64,000 nucleotides of DNA from Fibrobacteria bacterium (lineage in GTDB: Bacteria > Fibrobacterota > Chitinivibrionia > Chitinivibrionales > FEN-1185): NCBI GenBank assembly GCA_037447435.1, contig JBBIGR010000011.1:1-64000 (forward strand). The letters run 5' to 3'. Position numbers and translations under genes: made by a program. The number at the start of each line of letters is the position of its first letter. The first letter of the stretch is position 1. The notes beneath the pieces were generated by a model, which did not search any database, had not been told where the DNA came from, and saw only the letters and a program-made list of their open reading frames with translations. Below, piece by piece: positions 19,252 through 28,798 of the stretch.

Positions 19252-20100
19252 TTAAAAACGAATGGGTAGTAAGCGGTCAAATGAAAGTGCAAGTAAACCT
19301 ATGAGCATTTCATATTTAATACATGAGGAAATTGTATCGGCGCACTCCCGAATATTGTATTTGTAAATCTTAAAATTCCAAAAAATATGCAATGGAACAA
19401 TACATGCAATGCATACGGTGGCATACAGTGCGCCGAAATGGCCGAGAATGAACGGCAGGAAAAGAATACCGATATAAACTGCACTGCATATCCCGATTAT
19501 TATTTTAAGAAATCTATTCGAAAGCGATGCCGATGTAATTATTCCCGCAACGGTGTCGCCTTTTTCGTCTTGAACGTCTTTTATTATTTCCCTGACAATA
19601 TTCAATAAAAATGCCAATGATGCCGGTATGTATAATTGAGATAATCCCTTGGACCCAATTCCTCCAAAAATAATGCCGTACGCAACGAGCAAACTGACCA
19701 ACACGTTTCCAACGAGCGGAGTTGCTTTAAGATATTTTGCATAAAGCCAAAGAAGGAACAAGGGAATGAGCGTCCCAAGGCCGTGTTGCAAAGAGGCTCT
19801 AAACCCTGCACATAGTCCAAGGAAAGCCAGGCAGATGGAAAAAACGACCGCATTTTCTACAGACAATGTGCCTGAGGGAAGAGGCCTTTGGGGATGGCTT
19901 ATTTTATCGGTTTCAATATCGTGAATATCATTCACAACATTGCCAAATCCCGCGCAACAAATTGAAGCCGCAACGAGTAAAACGAAGAAAAAAAATCCCT
20001 GGTGGTTATGGGATAGCCAAAAGCCGAGCAGAACGGCAAATGACAACAACAGCATATTTGAAATGCGAAGGATTTTAAAATAAGGGACAATGGTTGCCAT
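19252..20100 (-). CDS. UbiA-family prenyltransferase, DGGGP synthase (geranylgeranylglycerol-phosphate geranylgeranyltransferase)-like
   Basis: NVVNDIHDIETDKISHPQRPLPSG, LKATPLVGN and REIIKDVQDEKGD motifs; multiple TM helices. Confidence 0.85.
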   Translation of the reverse strand: MATIVPYFKILRISNMLLLSFAVLLGFWLSHNHQGFFFFVLLVAASICCAGFGNVVNDIHDIETDKISHPQRPLPSGTLSVENAVVFSICLAFLGLCAGFRASLQHGLGTLIPLFLLWLYAKYLKATPLVGNVLVSLLVAYGIIFGGIGSKGLSQLYIPASLAFLLNIVREIIKDVQDEKGDTVAGIITSASLSNRFLKIIIGICSAVYIGILFLPFILGHFGALYATVCIACIVPLHIFWNFKIYKYNIRECADTISSCIKYEMLIGLLALSFDRLLPIRF

Positions 20101-20187
20101 ACTGATACTTGCAAATTAAAGTTTATAAACTGATTCAATCAGTTATTTTTATTAACGTAAAGTGTAAAATAAAATCTGGAGGAACTG

Positions 20188-20745
20188 TTGAAGCTTAAAA
20201 TCGCGTCGAAGTGGTATTTGTTTTTGTTTATCACGGCAACAGGGTTTGCAATTGATTTTCTTTCGAAATATTGGGCTGTAACAAAATTACCGTTGGGTAT
20301 CCCTGTGAAGATACTCGGTGAAAACGTTCAATTCCTGTTTGTATATAATAAAGCAGCGGTTTTTGGAATAGACCCAAGGTATGTTATCCCTTCATTTCCT
20401 TTGAACGGGTTCTTTTTTGCCTTTAATACGATAGCCATCATTGTGATTGCGGTCTATTTTCAGGCGCTTAAAAAAGAAGAAAAATTGTTAAAATGGGGAA
20501 TTTCGCTTGTGATGCCGGGGGCAATAGGAAATTTGTTCGATAGAATCGTTCACCCGAATCTTGGAGTCGTTGATTTTATTCGTCTTGGTATTTCGGACAC
20601 CGTGTACTGGCCCATATTTAATTTTGCAGATGTTTACGTCTGCGCTGCGGTGTTTTTAATTTGCGTACATTTTATTCTTGAGGGTGAAAATAAAAAAACG
20701 CGGCAGCGGCAGGCAGGATCCCTCGAAAACGAAAAATTGTCATGA
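20188..20745 (+). CDS. lspA: Lipoprotein signal peptidase II
   Basis: DFLSK, GAIGNLFDR, VVDF, WPIFNFAD; GGAGG RBS before TTG. Confidence 0.95.
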   Translation: MKLKIASKWYLFLFITATGFAIDFLSKYWAVTKLPLGIPVKILGENVQFLFVYNKAAVFGIDPRYVIPSFPLNGFFFAFNTIAIIVIAVYFQALKKEEKLLKWGISLVMPGAIGNLFDRIVHPNLGVVDFIRLGISDTVYWPIFNFADVYVCAAVFLICVHFILEGENKKTRQRQAGSLENEKLS

Positions 20746-20751
20746 GGGACA

Positions 20752-21768
20752 ATGAATAATCATCATATAGATAAAGTCCTCCCAAATAATGCGATGTCCA
20801 AAGAACGACTGGATATTTATTTATCGCATAAATACCCTCAATTTTCCCGTTCCAAACTGCAAAACGTTATCGATAAGAATAAGGTATTTGTCAATGGCAA
20901 AGTCGCTACTAAAAAGACACTCGTTTCTTCTAATGATACGATACTTTTTGATCCCCAGTTCCTTGAATCACAGGTCGATAATTATTTGATTGCTCAGGAT
21001 ATATCACTGTCGATATTGTATGAAGACGAATATTTTATTGCAATAAATAAACCGGCAGGAATGGTTGTTCACCCTGGAAACGGCAATAAAGACGGTACGC
21101 TCGTGAATGCGCTGTTATTTCACGCGAAATTGCTTTCTCAAGGATCGGAACCTCTGAGGCCTGGAATCGTTCATCGGCTCGATAAGGACACTTCCGGTGT
21201 GATTTTAGTGGCCAAAAGCGATCTTGCGCATAATGCTTTTGCCGCCATGTTTGCCAATAGAGAAATTAAGAAAAAATATTTGGGAATTTGCATCGGGGGC
21301 AGGCCGCACGATGATGGCGAAATAAATTTTCCTCTTGGAAGAAGTGCACGGGACCCGGTAAAGCGATCCGTTCGCCATGATGGAACCGGGAAGATTGCAA
21401 AAACACATTACCGATTATTAGCGTTCGAAAACGCAATTTCCATCGTCGAATTTAGCCCATTAACCGGACGAACCCATCAAATTAGAGTTCATGCCAGCGC
21501 AAGCGGGTTTCCGGTTATTTGCGATCCAATGTATGGGAGTGCTAAAGATGTAATAGACAGAATGCCCGTACTGGAGCGGCCATTCGTGTATTCGATTTAC
21601 AAATGTTTTTCGCGACATGCCTTACATGCGTTGAGTCAATCATTTGTTCATCCGTTTACGGGGAAAAATATGGTGCTCCGTTCGCCGTTACCCGATGATT
21701 TTACAAAAGCAATTAAATTATTTAATGAGCAAAACAGGAAAAACGTGCAAAAGGCGATTAATTGTTGA
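20752..21768 (+). CDS. rluD: RluA/RluD-family pseudouridine synthase
   Basis: S4 domain, INKPAGMVVHPG, RPGIVHRLDKDTSG, TGRTHQIRVH; lspA-rluD synteny. Confidence 0.93.
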   Translation: MNNHHIDKVLPNNAMSKERLDIYLSHKYPQFSRSKLQNVIDKNKVFVNGKVATKKTLVSSNDTILFDPQFLESQVDNYLIAQDISLSILYEDEYFIAINKPAGMVVHPGNGNKDGTLVNALLFHAKLLSQGSEPLRPGIVHRLDKDTSGVILVAKSDLAHNAFAAMFANREIKKKYLGICIGGRPHDDGEINFPLGRSARDPVKRSVRHDGTGKIAKTHYRLLAFENAISIVEFSPLTGRTHQIRVHASASGFPVICDPMYGSAKDVIDRMPVLERPFVYSIYKCFSRHALHALSQSFVHPFTGKNMVLRSPLPDDFTKAIKLFNEQNRKNVQKAINC

Positions 21769-21964
21769 AAATCATTCCCAATGAAAATGCCAACATGAAA
21801 GCAAGCCAGAGATAAAGCAGAAGATTGTTGAGGATTTGTTCCGATACGGCCTGTTCGTTTTGTTTTTTTACTTTCCGCTCTTTCAGGTGTTTAAAAACAG
21901 ATCGAATAGTCCAGATCAGGAAAACGAGTCCAACGGTTTTTACAAGTATTGTTGAAATTGTCAT
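21758..21964 (-). CDS. Small two-TM hypothetical membrane protein
   Basis: Two hydrophobic helices separated by a basic loop; GAGGA RBS. Confidence 0.65.
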   Translation of the reverse strand: MTISTILVKTVGLVFLIWTIRSVFKHLKERKVKKQNEQAVSEQILNNLLLYLWLAFMLAFSLGMIFNN

Positions 21965-21994
21965 ATAAATCCTCGGTTTATTTTAATCTTTTTA

Positions 21995-22450
21995 TTAATG
22001 AATATCTGGCGGAACAACCGGGTTTTCCCCTGATTGCTGTTCCTGAAAATCAACTTTCACCGCTGCCAGCCTTCTGGAAAATACCTCAAATCCATCCCAT
22101 AATACGACAAATTCGTAAAAACCTTCTTCGGGAAGTGGAAGACCGTTGATATTTCCCCCAATTTCAATTACGGCACGGCGATTGTCGGTCGGTTCAACAT
22201 TCCAGGGAGGGAGCGTCATCGAAAATGAACCGCCTTCTTTCCTGAAAATCAGTTGCAATTCCCCGTTTTTTGCGACATCTGTCAATGCAATGTAAATAGC
22301 GCAATTTCCATGTTTAGATGGAAAACTGGGGCTGTTAATAGAGCTGAAAGTGCCTGCGAGTATACTTTTTCCGGTATGAACATCACGATAATAATAATCG
22401 CAAACAATCATTGCCAAAACAATAGGTTTCATAGGAAATAAGGCTTTCAT
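21995..22450 (-). CDS. DUF6941-like hypothetical protein
   Basis: AMIVCD..D..TGKSILAGTF..FP..; LPEEGFYEFVVLWDG. Confidence 0.7.
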   Translation of the reverse strand: MKALFPMKPIVLAMIVCDYYYRDVHTGKSILAGTFSSINSPSFPSKHGNCAIYIALTDVAKNGELQLIFRKEGGSFSMTLPPWNVEPTDNRRAVIEIGGNINGLPLPEEGFYEFVVLWDGFEVFSRRLAAVKVDFQEQQSGENPVVPPDIH

Positions 22451-22591
22451 ATTCGACCGATCGACAATTGCGATCGTGCCGAACGTAAGGGGAAAAATAT
22501 TCTAAAAACTAAATGATACACAAATAAAATAATATTTTCCACAGAGCAAAAAATTCATAAAACGGCGAACTACGGATTTATATTTTATACT

Positions 22592-23878
22592 ATGGTAAAA
22601 GTCAAAACAGCCGCAATGCTTTTAAGCTTCAATTTATTATTGTTCGGCCAGACTTTAGTAGAACCCCCGTATCTTCATTCGTACGGGATTAGAAAAGCGA
22701 CACCGGCCGCGTTATTTATGTTTTTTGGTCCGATAACCGCGTTTAGCGAACCCGAAGGAATCGCGACCGTTAAAATGAATTCGAGAAACGACCCGTTAAC
22801 CGAAAAGGACGATGACGAAGTCGTTGTTTACGGAGTAAATTCAGGCAAGAATCAATTGATATATAATACATCAATGTGGTCGTTGGCACTGTACGGCAAA
22901 GCAGGTGCGGGGCAAGGGTGTTTTTCGCATCCTACCGGAATCGCTATCGATGAAACTGGGAATGTGTTCGTGGCGGACAAGGGCAACAATAGAATCGTGC
23001 ATTTGTTCAACCCAAAACAAAAAGTACGCTGGGTATCGGCTTTTTCTGGAAAATCAAAAAACGATTCGGGTTTGAATGCGCCACAACAAGTAGGATTGGA
23101 TCTCGATGGACGCATTTATGTTTCGGATTTTAACAATCAAAGAATTGTGATTTTTAATAAACAAGAGGTGGTTGAAAAAACAATTTCGGGTGATGAAAAA
23201 ATAAAATTTGAAAATGGCCCGTCTATGCTTGCTGTTGCCGACGGTAATAATAATTGGAGCTATTTTAAAAACGAAAGGTGTTTTATTTGCGCCGATCGAT
23301 TTGGAACGAGATTATGGAAAATTAATTTCAATGGTACAGTGGAAAAACATATAATAATGCCATCGGGTTATGTGGCCGGTTATGGTGCTGTTGATTTCTA
23401 TCATAACCTTTGGATCACGGATAAATTACATAATTGCATATTAAAATTCGATCATACACTGCAGTTTTTGGATGTATTCGGGTCGTATGGAAATGGGAAG
23501 GATCAATTTATAGAACCAAGAGGTATTGCAATTTGGAAACGATATGGCCAAACGTTTATTGCTGAAAAAAATGGTGCACAATATTTTTGGATCGGAACCG
23601 ATTGTAAGGCAAAAAACTTGCGCAAAAACCCTGACAACACGTATACTCTATCGCTTAACGTTACTGAATATAGTTTTGTTTCCCTTTTTTCCGTTCAGCA
23701 AAAAGATACCGAATGGTTCCTTAACAGAACAATGATTTTACCCGGCAATCAAAAAGTTACATATAGTCAAAAAACAGGAATCGCAAAATTTTCAAATCAA
23801 TTTATAGTGCGGGTTGAACCCACATATTCATCATTTTCTTATACTAAACTGGAATTTCCTATTTCCATAGAAAAATAG
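22592..23878 (+). CDS. Secreted NHL-repeat beta-propeller protein
   Basis: Repeats FSHPTGIAID..VFVADKGNNRI, LNAPQQVGLD..IYVSDFNNQRI and FIEPRGIAI. Confidence 0.88.
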   Translation: MVKVKTAAMLLSFNLLLFGQTLVEPPYLHSYGIRKATPAALFMFFGPITAFSEPEGIATVKMNSRNDPLTEKDDDEVVVYGVNSGKNQLIYNTSMWSLALYGKAGAGQGCFSHPTGIAIDETGNVFVADKGNNRIVHLFNPKQKVRWVSAFSGKSKNDSGLNAPQQVGLDLDGRIYVSDFNNQRIVIFNKQEVVEKTISGDEKIKFENGPSMLAVADGNNNWSYFKNERCFICADRFGTRLWKINFNGTVEKHIIMPSGYVAGYGAVDFYHNLWITDKLHNCILKFDHTLQFLDVFGSYGNGKDQFIEPRGIAIWKRYGQTFIAEKNGAQYFWIGTDCKAKNLRKNPDNTYTLSLNVTEYSFVSLFSVQQKDTEWFLNRTMILPGNQKVTYSQKTGIAKFSNQFIVRVEPTYSSFSYTKLEFPISIEK

Positions 23879-23891
23879 AGAGGCAAATTCA

Positions 23892-24575
23892 ATGGCGCTT
23901 AAAAAGGAAGAAATTATGAGGAAGGTTTTGCATTTTATTTTCGGAACAATAATTCCAGTAGGTGCTTTATACATACCATGGTATGCACAAAAACAAGGAT
24001 GGGACTTTGTTCCTCCTTGGGCCTTGCCCCCAATAATTCTGGGTGTTTTCCTTGTTGGTTTCGTCCTTATGGAAACATTGCGTTTTAGAATTCCTGCAAT
24101 CGCCAATCTTGTCAATAAATTCGGCGGTAGTTTCATGCGTAAAGAAGAAGCAAAAACAACCACCGGCGCAACGTATATCAACGCTTCTGCATTGATTTGC
24201 ACTATTATTTTTAGAAATCACCCTTATATTTCATTTATGGTAATTTCAACGTTTATTTGGGGCGATGCGGTCGCTGCCTTGGTTGGACAAGCAATCGGAA
24301 AGATTAAAATCGGTAAGAAATCATTGGAAGGTTCCTTGGCTTGTTTAGTGCTCTGCCTGTTCTTTTATTTACTCGTGTTTCCGCATGTGCCATTGTTGCT
24401 GGATTCTTGGAATGGACGTGTTCCGCTTGCTATTGTGATCATTGCTTCACTGAGTGTTACCATTATGGAGCTTTTTCCTTTGAAATTTTCAAAAACTTTT
24501 GATATAAACGATAATTTAACGGTACCTGTCATTACCGGACTTATTATGGTGTGGGTTTATCCTTTTGTAAAGTAA
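23892..24575 (+). CDS. CTP-dependent phytol/dolichol/diacylglycerol kinase-family membrane protein
   Basis: EIMRKVLH, WGDAVAALVG..GKKSLEGS, NDNLTVP. Confidence 0.82.
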   Translation: MALKKEEIMRKVLHFIFGTIIPVGALYIPWYAQKQGWDFVPPWALPPIILGVFLVGFVLMETLRFRIPAIANLVNKFGGSFMRKEEAKTTTGATYINASALICTIIFRNHPYISFMVISTFIWGDAVAALVGQAIGKIKIGKKSLEGSLACLVLCLFFYLLVFPHVPLLLDSWNGRVPLAIVIIASLSVTIMELFPLKFSKTFDINDNLTVPVITGLIMVWVYPFVK

Positions 24576-24656
24576 ATGAGATTGGTTTCGTTGAATGGAA
24601 ATGGTACATACCCGGTGTTTTCGCCGATGATTCTCATGGAGCCTCGCAAATAATTT

Positions 24657-25484
24657 ATGCCATCCATACTGTCGACCATTCCTGGGTTTCAAAAACAAAT
24701 CCTTGATTATTATTATAGCCACGGCAGGCAAATGCCGTGGAGAGAAAATATAGACCCGTACCATATTTTTATTTCGGAAATTATGCTTCAACAGACCCAA
24801 GTCTCTAGGGTCGAAGAAAAATTCAAGCAATTCATTTTGAAATTTCCTTCTTTTGAAATGCTTAACAAAGCTTCCTTAGCTTCGGTATATTCTGTTTGGC
24901 AAGGATTAGGCTACAATCGACGGGCAATGTATTTAAAGAAGGCTGCTCAATGTATTGTCGAGGAATATAACGGAACGCTTCCCAACGGCGAAAATGAGCT
25001 GCTCAGCTTGCCGGGAATAGGAAAAGCAACAGCAGCGTCTATAAGGGCATTTGCATTCAATAGCCCTGTTGTTTTTATTGAAACAAATATTCGGACGGTT
25101 TTTATCCATTTTTTTTTCAAAAATAAAACAAAGGTTTCCGATGAAGAAATTTTACCTTTGGTAAAAAAGAGCCTTTACGTAATAAATCCTCGGATTTGGT
25201 ATTGGGCTTTAATGGATTACGGGACAATGCTTAAAAAAAATGGCTTGGATAAGAATGCCAAAAGTATACATTATATCAAACAATCTGCTTTTGAAGGGTC
25301 TTGGCGGCAAAAAAGAGGCGCAATTTTAAAGAAACTTGCACAAGTAAAAATCGCGACATCTGGATTTTTAGCTAAAGAATTAGGATATAATCAGGATGTT
25401 GTCGACGAAATCGTCAACGAACTTTTAAAAGAAGGCTTTTTAGAAAAAGCAAAAAGCAAACTTAAATTAAAAAGCACGGTCTAG
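24657..25484 (+). CDS. mutY: A/G-specific adenine glycosylase (short MutY without Fe-S cluster motif)
   Basis: MPWR, SEIMLQQTQV, WQGLGYNRRA, LPGIG, IETNIR, ALMDYG. Confidence 0.88.
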   Translation: MPSILSTIPGFQKQILDYYYSHGRQMPWRENIDPYHIFISEIMLQQTQVSRVEEKFKQFILKFPSFEMLNKASLASVYSVWQGLGYNRRAMYLKKAAQCIVEEYNGTLPNGENELLSLPGIGKATAASIRAFAFNSPVVFIETNIRTVFIHFFFKNKTKVSDEEILPLVKKSLYVINPRIWYWALMDYGTMLKKNGLDKNAKSIHYIKQSAFEGSWRQKRGAILKKLAQVKIATSGFLAKELGYNQDVVDEIVNELLKEGFLEKAKSKLKLKSTV

Positions 25485-25495
25485 AAAATTATGGA

Positions 25496-28400
25496 TTATC
25501 GGGATAGTAAATGCCCCGGCCTATTATAATCGGGCTGGTCGATGTATTCCCAGTTATCAAAGCTTAATCCGATACCAAGAGTAAATCGATCACCCCCAAG
25601 TTTGCCGGGTCTGTCGAATCCGCGGTCCCATTTGACCTTAATATCCAATGGTATATAGCTAAACGCAAAGGCTTCCAAACGGATTTCAAGGCCGGCCGAT
25701 GTGAGCCAATCTTCTTTTCGGAATTTTAAAGCCTCTGAAACATTGTTCCATCCCGCGCCGGCAGAAAAATTTACCGCGCCATATAACTTTGCTAAGTAAA
25801 TAAACCAAAAGTTTTTATCGATCAGCGGCTTCGGCCATAAAGGAAATCGATAGGATAAATTAATAAGGGATACGGCATTGCCGGATACCAAAACGGTATC
25901 AACAACAAGCGAATCTTTGGAACTGTCGGGATTTGCAATTTTATGTTCGTAATAATACGTATACCCCGGAATCCAGACGGCTTCTTTATAGTAGGACGGC
26001 ACATCTGTAACATGGCTATTATAGCCGTTAATTTGATTCAACAATTTTTGATGCGGGAGCATTGCAGCTGCATTTATTTCGGCATATAAATCATGTTGGT
26101 CGTACCATGGTGAAGCCATGCCGAATTTCAATCTTATTCCTGCTTCATGATAGTAAAAATCATCGAAGTTTTCTACAGGGTATCCTTTGTCAAATGTTAT
26201 TCCATTGTCTTCGCTTAATAATTGTTGCTTCCAAAAATAATAGTACGGTTTTACGTACAATCCTCTTGGAGAAATAGTTTGGCGGGAATCCATCTCCGGA
26301 GCAAGCATAGTTACAAAAGAGCCGATTCTGAAACCTTTTGCCAAAGTATAAGGAAAATCCGCACCAAAAAGTTCTTTTGTGTTCATGAATATGTCGTACC
26401 AATTATAGGAACCTAAAAGATTCAATTTTAAAGGTCCAACCGGATGGGTAAAATAGGCGTCCAAATTTTTTAATGTGGCTTCATAGGTGATAACTTTTCG
26501 TTCCGCATTGCCCTCGGAGTTATAGTTTGTAAATGAGTCGCTCGCAAAAATACCTCTTTGCAAATATTGACCGGTAAGCGAAAAAGGAAGCAGTTTTGTT
26601 GTGCCGAAAATACCAAGATCATAGTTTACATCTTTGCTGATAAATCCTTTGTCTAGATTAATAAATGAAAATAATTTTTGAGGTTCAAGTAAAAAATAGG
26701 CGCCTAAATCCGTTCCGCGACCCAAAAACGCCAATGGATCGGAAACCGAAACCATGCCGCCCATTTCCAATGTGGTATTGCCTTTAAAAACATCATCGCT
26801 TTTAGTCACAGCTTGTTCACCGATGATCATTGGAACAAAAGTGGCCTGGTTAGGATAATGCGAATAGGGATGCGGCGCGCCGGTGATTTTATTGGTCTTT
26901 TCTGTATATGCCGGACGGAGCATGAAGAGAGAATCCTGAAAGACCGTATCGAGAGCCTTGACCGCATCAATTAAATAAATTCCGAAACCGTCTTTGTCAT
27001 AATTTGCAAAAACGAGTTTGTTCCCTTTTTGAGAAGCATCAGGAGCAAATGCACCACCGGAAACATTGGTCAGTCGGGTGGTTGTTCTGTTTGCGAAATC
27101 ATAACGGTAAATGTTAAATATGCCAGTTCTGTCGGACGAAAAATACAAGCTTTTTCCATCAGCGCTATATCTCGGGTCTCTGTCGTCGTATCCTGTGTTT
27201 TTCATCGTCATGAAAGTATGTGATGTTGTGTCATAAATGCCGATTTTACGATGTCCCTCGTCTATATAACTGATTGCAATATGATTACCGTCGGAAGACC
27301 AGTCCATGGTATACAAATATTTGAAGGCCGTGCCGTCTTTCGGAAGGGGGTAGACAAATGAAATGTTTTTTCCATTTGTATCGGACAGTGCCAACATGAA
27401 TTTATCGGGACCGGTTCGAATCGATAAGGCAAGCTTATCGCCTTTGGGTGAAAATACGGCTGAGAAAGCGGATTTTTTTTCCGTTACCTGGCGTTCCGTC
27501 TTCTTCTTGAAAAGATTAAATTTTGGTTTGTCCGGCGGCAAAGTATCTATGAAAATATCGAATAATTTTTGACCGCCGCGGTCGGGGGCTGTTACGGATT
27601 TTTCGGATTTCATGCTTGAAAAGGCGATAAGCCCGGATTGTTTTTGAATGGAATAAAATCCCTTTATTCCTTTTTCGATTTTTATTTTATCATCATCTTT
27701 AACCGTATCGGAAAGGTTATACGAATACAGAAGACGAAAATAAAAAGAATAATCGTTTTTTCCGTTCGATAGGAAAAATATTTTTTTATCATCGGGTGAG
27801 AATTTCGGCCAATAATTGTCGAATCCGTCCTTATTTATTTTCTTTCCGAATTGTTGACGGCCTATTGCTTTAATCTGAGCGGTATACTTGGTTTGTAGAT
27901 AGTATTTCCAATCGGAATACAGTTGATCCATCGAAATGCCAAGCACCCGCTTTATTGCGTCTCTGTAGTCCAACCGGTAAATTGCGGAACTTTCCCTAAC
28001 AATTGAGACAATTTTTTCATACCCGTATTTTTCTGCGATATATTTGACAAGACCGAATCCGTGGCTATAACTTTTTTCAAAATCATCACCTTTTCCCGCG
28101 AAAACGCACATGTGTTCCGGCGTCAGCAAATTATTTGATAAAGTCAAAGACCGAATTATCATGTCTCGATGCGTGTCCCAGGAATCGGTTCCGTGCCTGC
28201 TATCTTCGTATTGCGCTATGCCTTCCGTCAGCCAAACAGGCAACACCTCACCGGGTAGAAGCTGCATGAGTTCGGTACGGTTTGCCTCATTGGGATGGCT
28301 GAAATACCCGAATTGAATATAGGGAATCCACGGAGGAAATTTCGAGCCGGTCGTTAATGAAAGGATATGTCCATATTCATGGGCGATAACGCCTTTAAGC

Positions 28401-28798
28401 CAATCGTGCGAGCCGCGAAGGTTGATATCAAAATCATGCGGCCATAAAATTATCATATTTGTATTAAAATACGCCAAACCGTTGGTTATTTCACCGTCGG
28501 CAATATACACAGTCGTTTTATTCGGAAGAACAATACTGTAGGTTTTTGAATAGGTATCGTACAGATTTTCAAAATAGTAGCCGGCTTCTCTTGCGACGTC
28601 TTCAAGACCTTCGTCGTAGCTAATAGTGAAATGAGGGCGTTCTAATGTAAAGGATTTTTGACCAAAGGCATTATAACGGGCCTCGTCCTCCTGAGCATAT
28701 ACGGTATTGCCAAGAAAAAAAACGGTAAAAATAAATAGGGTGACAACGACAAAATTATTTATACGGTACTTACAATGAAAAAGTGGATTTCTACTCAT
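25496..28798 (-). CDS. Peptidase MA (gluzincin) plus PD40/TolB propeller plus C-terminal outer-membrane beta-barrel-like protein
   Basis: Signal peptide; AHEYGH..WLTEGIAQY; FSPDD/FSPKG/WSSDG/YSADG repeats; amphipathic-strand C-terminus (SAGLEIRL..FTLGIGLSF). Confidence 0.8.
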   Translation of the reverse strand: MSRNPLFHCKYRINNFVVVTLFIFTVFFLGNTVYAQEDEARYNAFGQKSFTLERPHFTISYDEGLEDVAREAGYYFENLYDTYSKTYSIVLPNKTTVYIADGEITNGLAYFNTNMIILWPHDFDINLRGSHDWLKGVIAHEYGHILSLTTGSKFPPWIPYIQFGYFSHPNEANRTELMQLLPGEVLPVWLTEGIAQYEDSRHGTDSWDTHRDMIIRSLTLSNNLLTPEHMCVFAGKGDDFEKSYSHGFGLVKYIAEKYGYEKIVSIVRESSAIYRLDYRDAIKRVLGISMDQLYSDWKYYLQTKYTAQIKAIGRQQFGKKINKDGFDNYWPKFSPDDKKIFFLSNGKNDYSFYFRLLYSYNLSDTVKDDDKIKIEKGIKGFYSIQKQSGLIAFSSMKSEKSVTAPDRGGQKLFDIFIDTLPPDKPKFNLFKKKTERQVTEKKSAFSAVFSPKGDKLALSIRTGPDKFMLALSDTNGKNISFVYPLPKDGTAFKYLYTMDWSSDGNHIAISYIDEGHRKIGIYDTTSHTFMTMKNTGYDDRDPRYSADGKSLYFSSDRTGIFNIYRYDFANRTTTRLTNVSGGAFAPDASQKGNKLVFANYDKDGFGIYLIDAVKALDTVFQDSLFMLRPAYTEKTNKITGAPHPYSHYPNQATFVPMIIGEQAVTKSDDVFKGNTTLEMGGMVSVSDPLAFLGRGTDLGAYFLLEPQKLFSFINLDKGFISKDVNYDLGIFGTTKLLPFSLTGQYLQRGIFASDSFTNYNSEGNAERKVITYEATLKNLDAYFTHPVGPLKLNLLGSYNWYDIFMNTKELFGADFPYTLAKGFRIGSFVTMLAPEMDSRQTISPRGLYVKPYYYFWKQQLLSEDNGITFDKGYPVENFDDFYYHEAGIRLKFGMASPWYDQHDLYAEINAAAMLPHQKLLNQINGYNSHVTDVPSYYKEAVWIPGYTYYYEHKIANPDSSKDSLVVDTVLVSGNAVSLINLSYRFPLWPKPLIDKNFWFIYLAKLYGAVNFSAGAGWNNVSEALKFRKEDWLTSAGLEIRLEAFAFSYIPLDIKVKWDRGFDRPGKLGGDRFTLGIGLSFDNWEYIDQPDYNRPGHLLSR

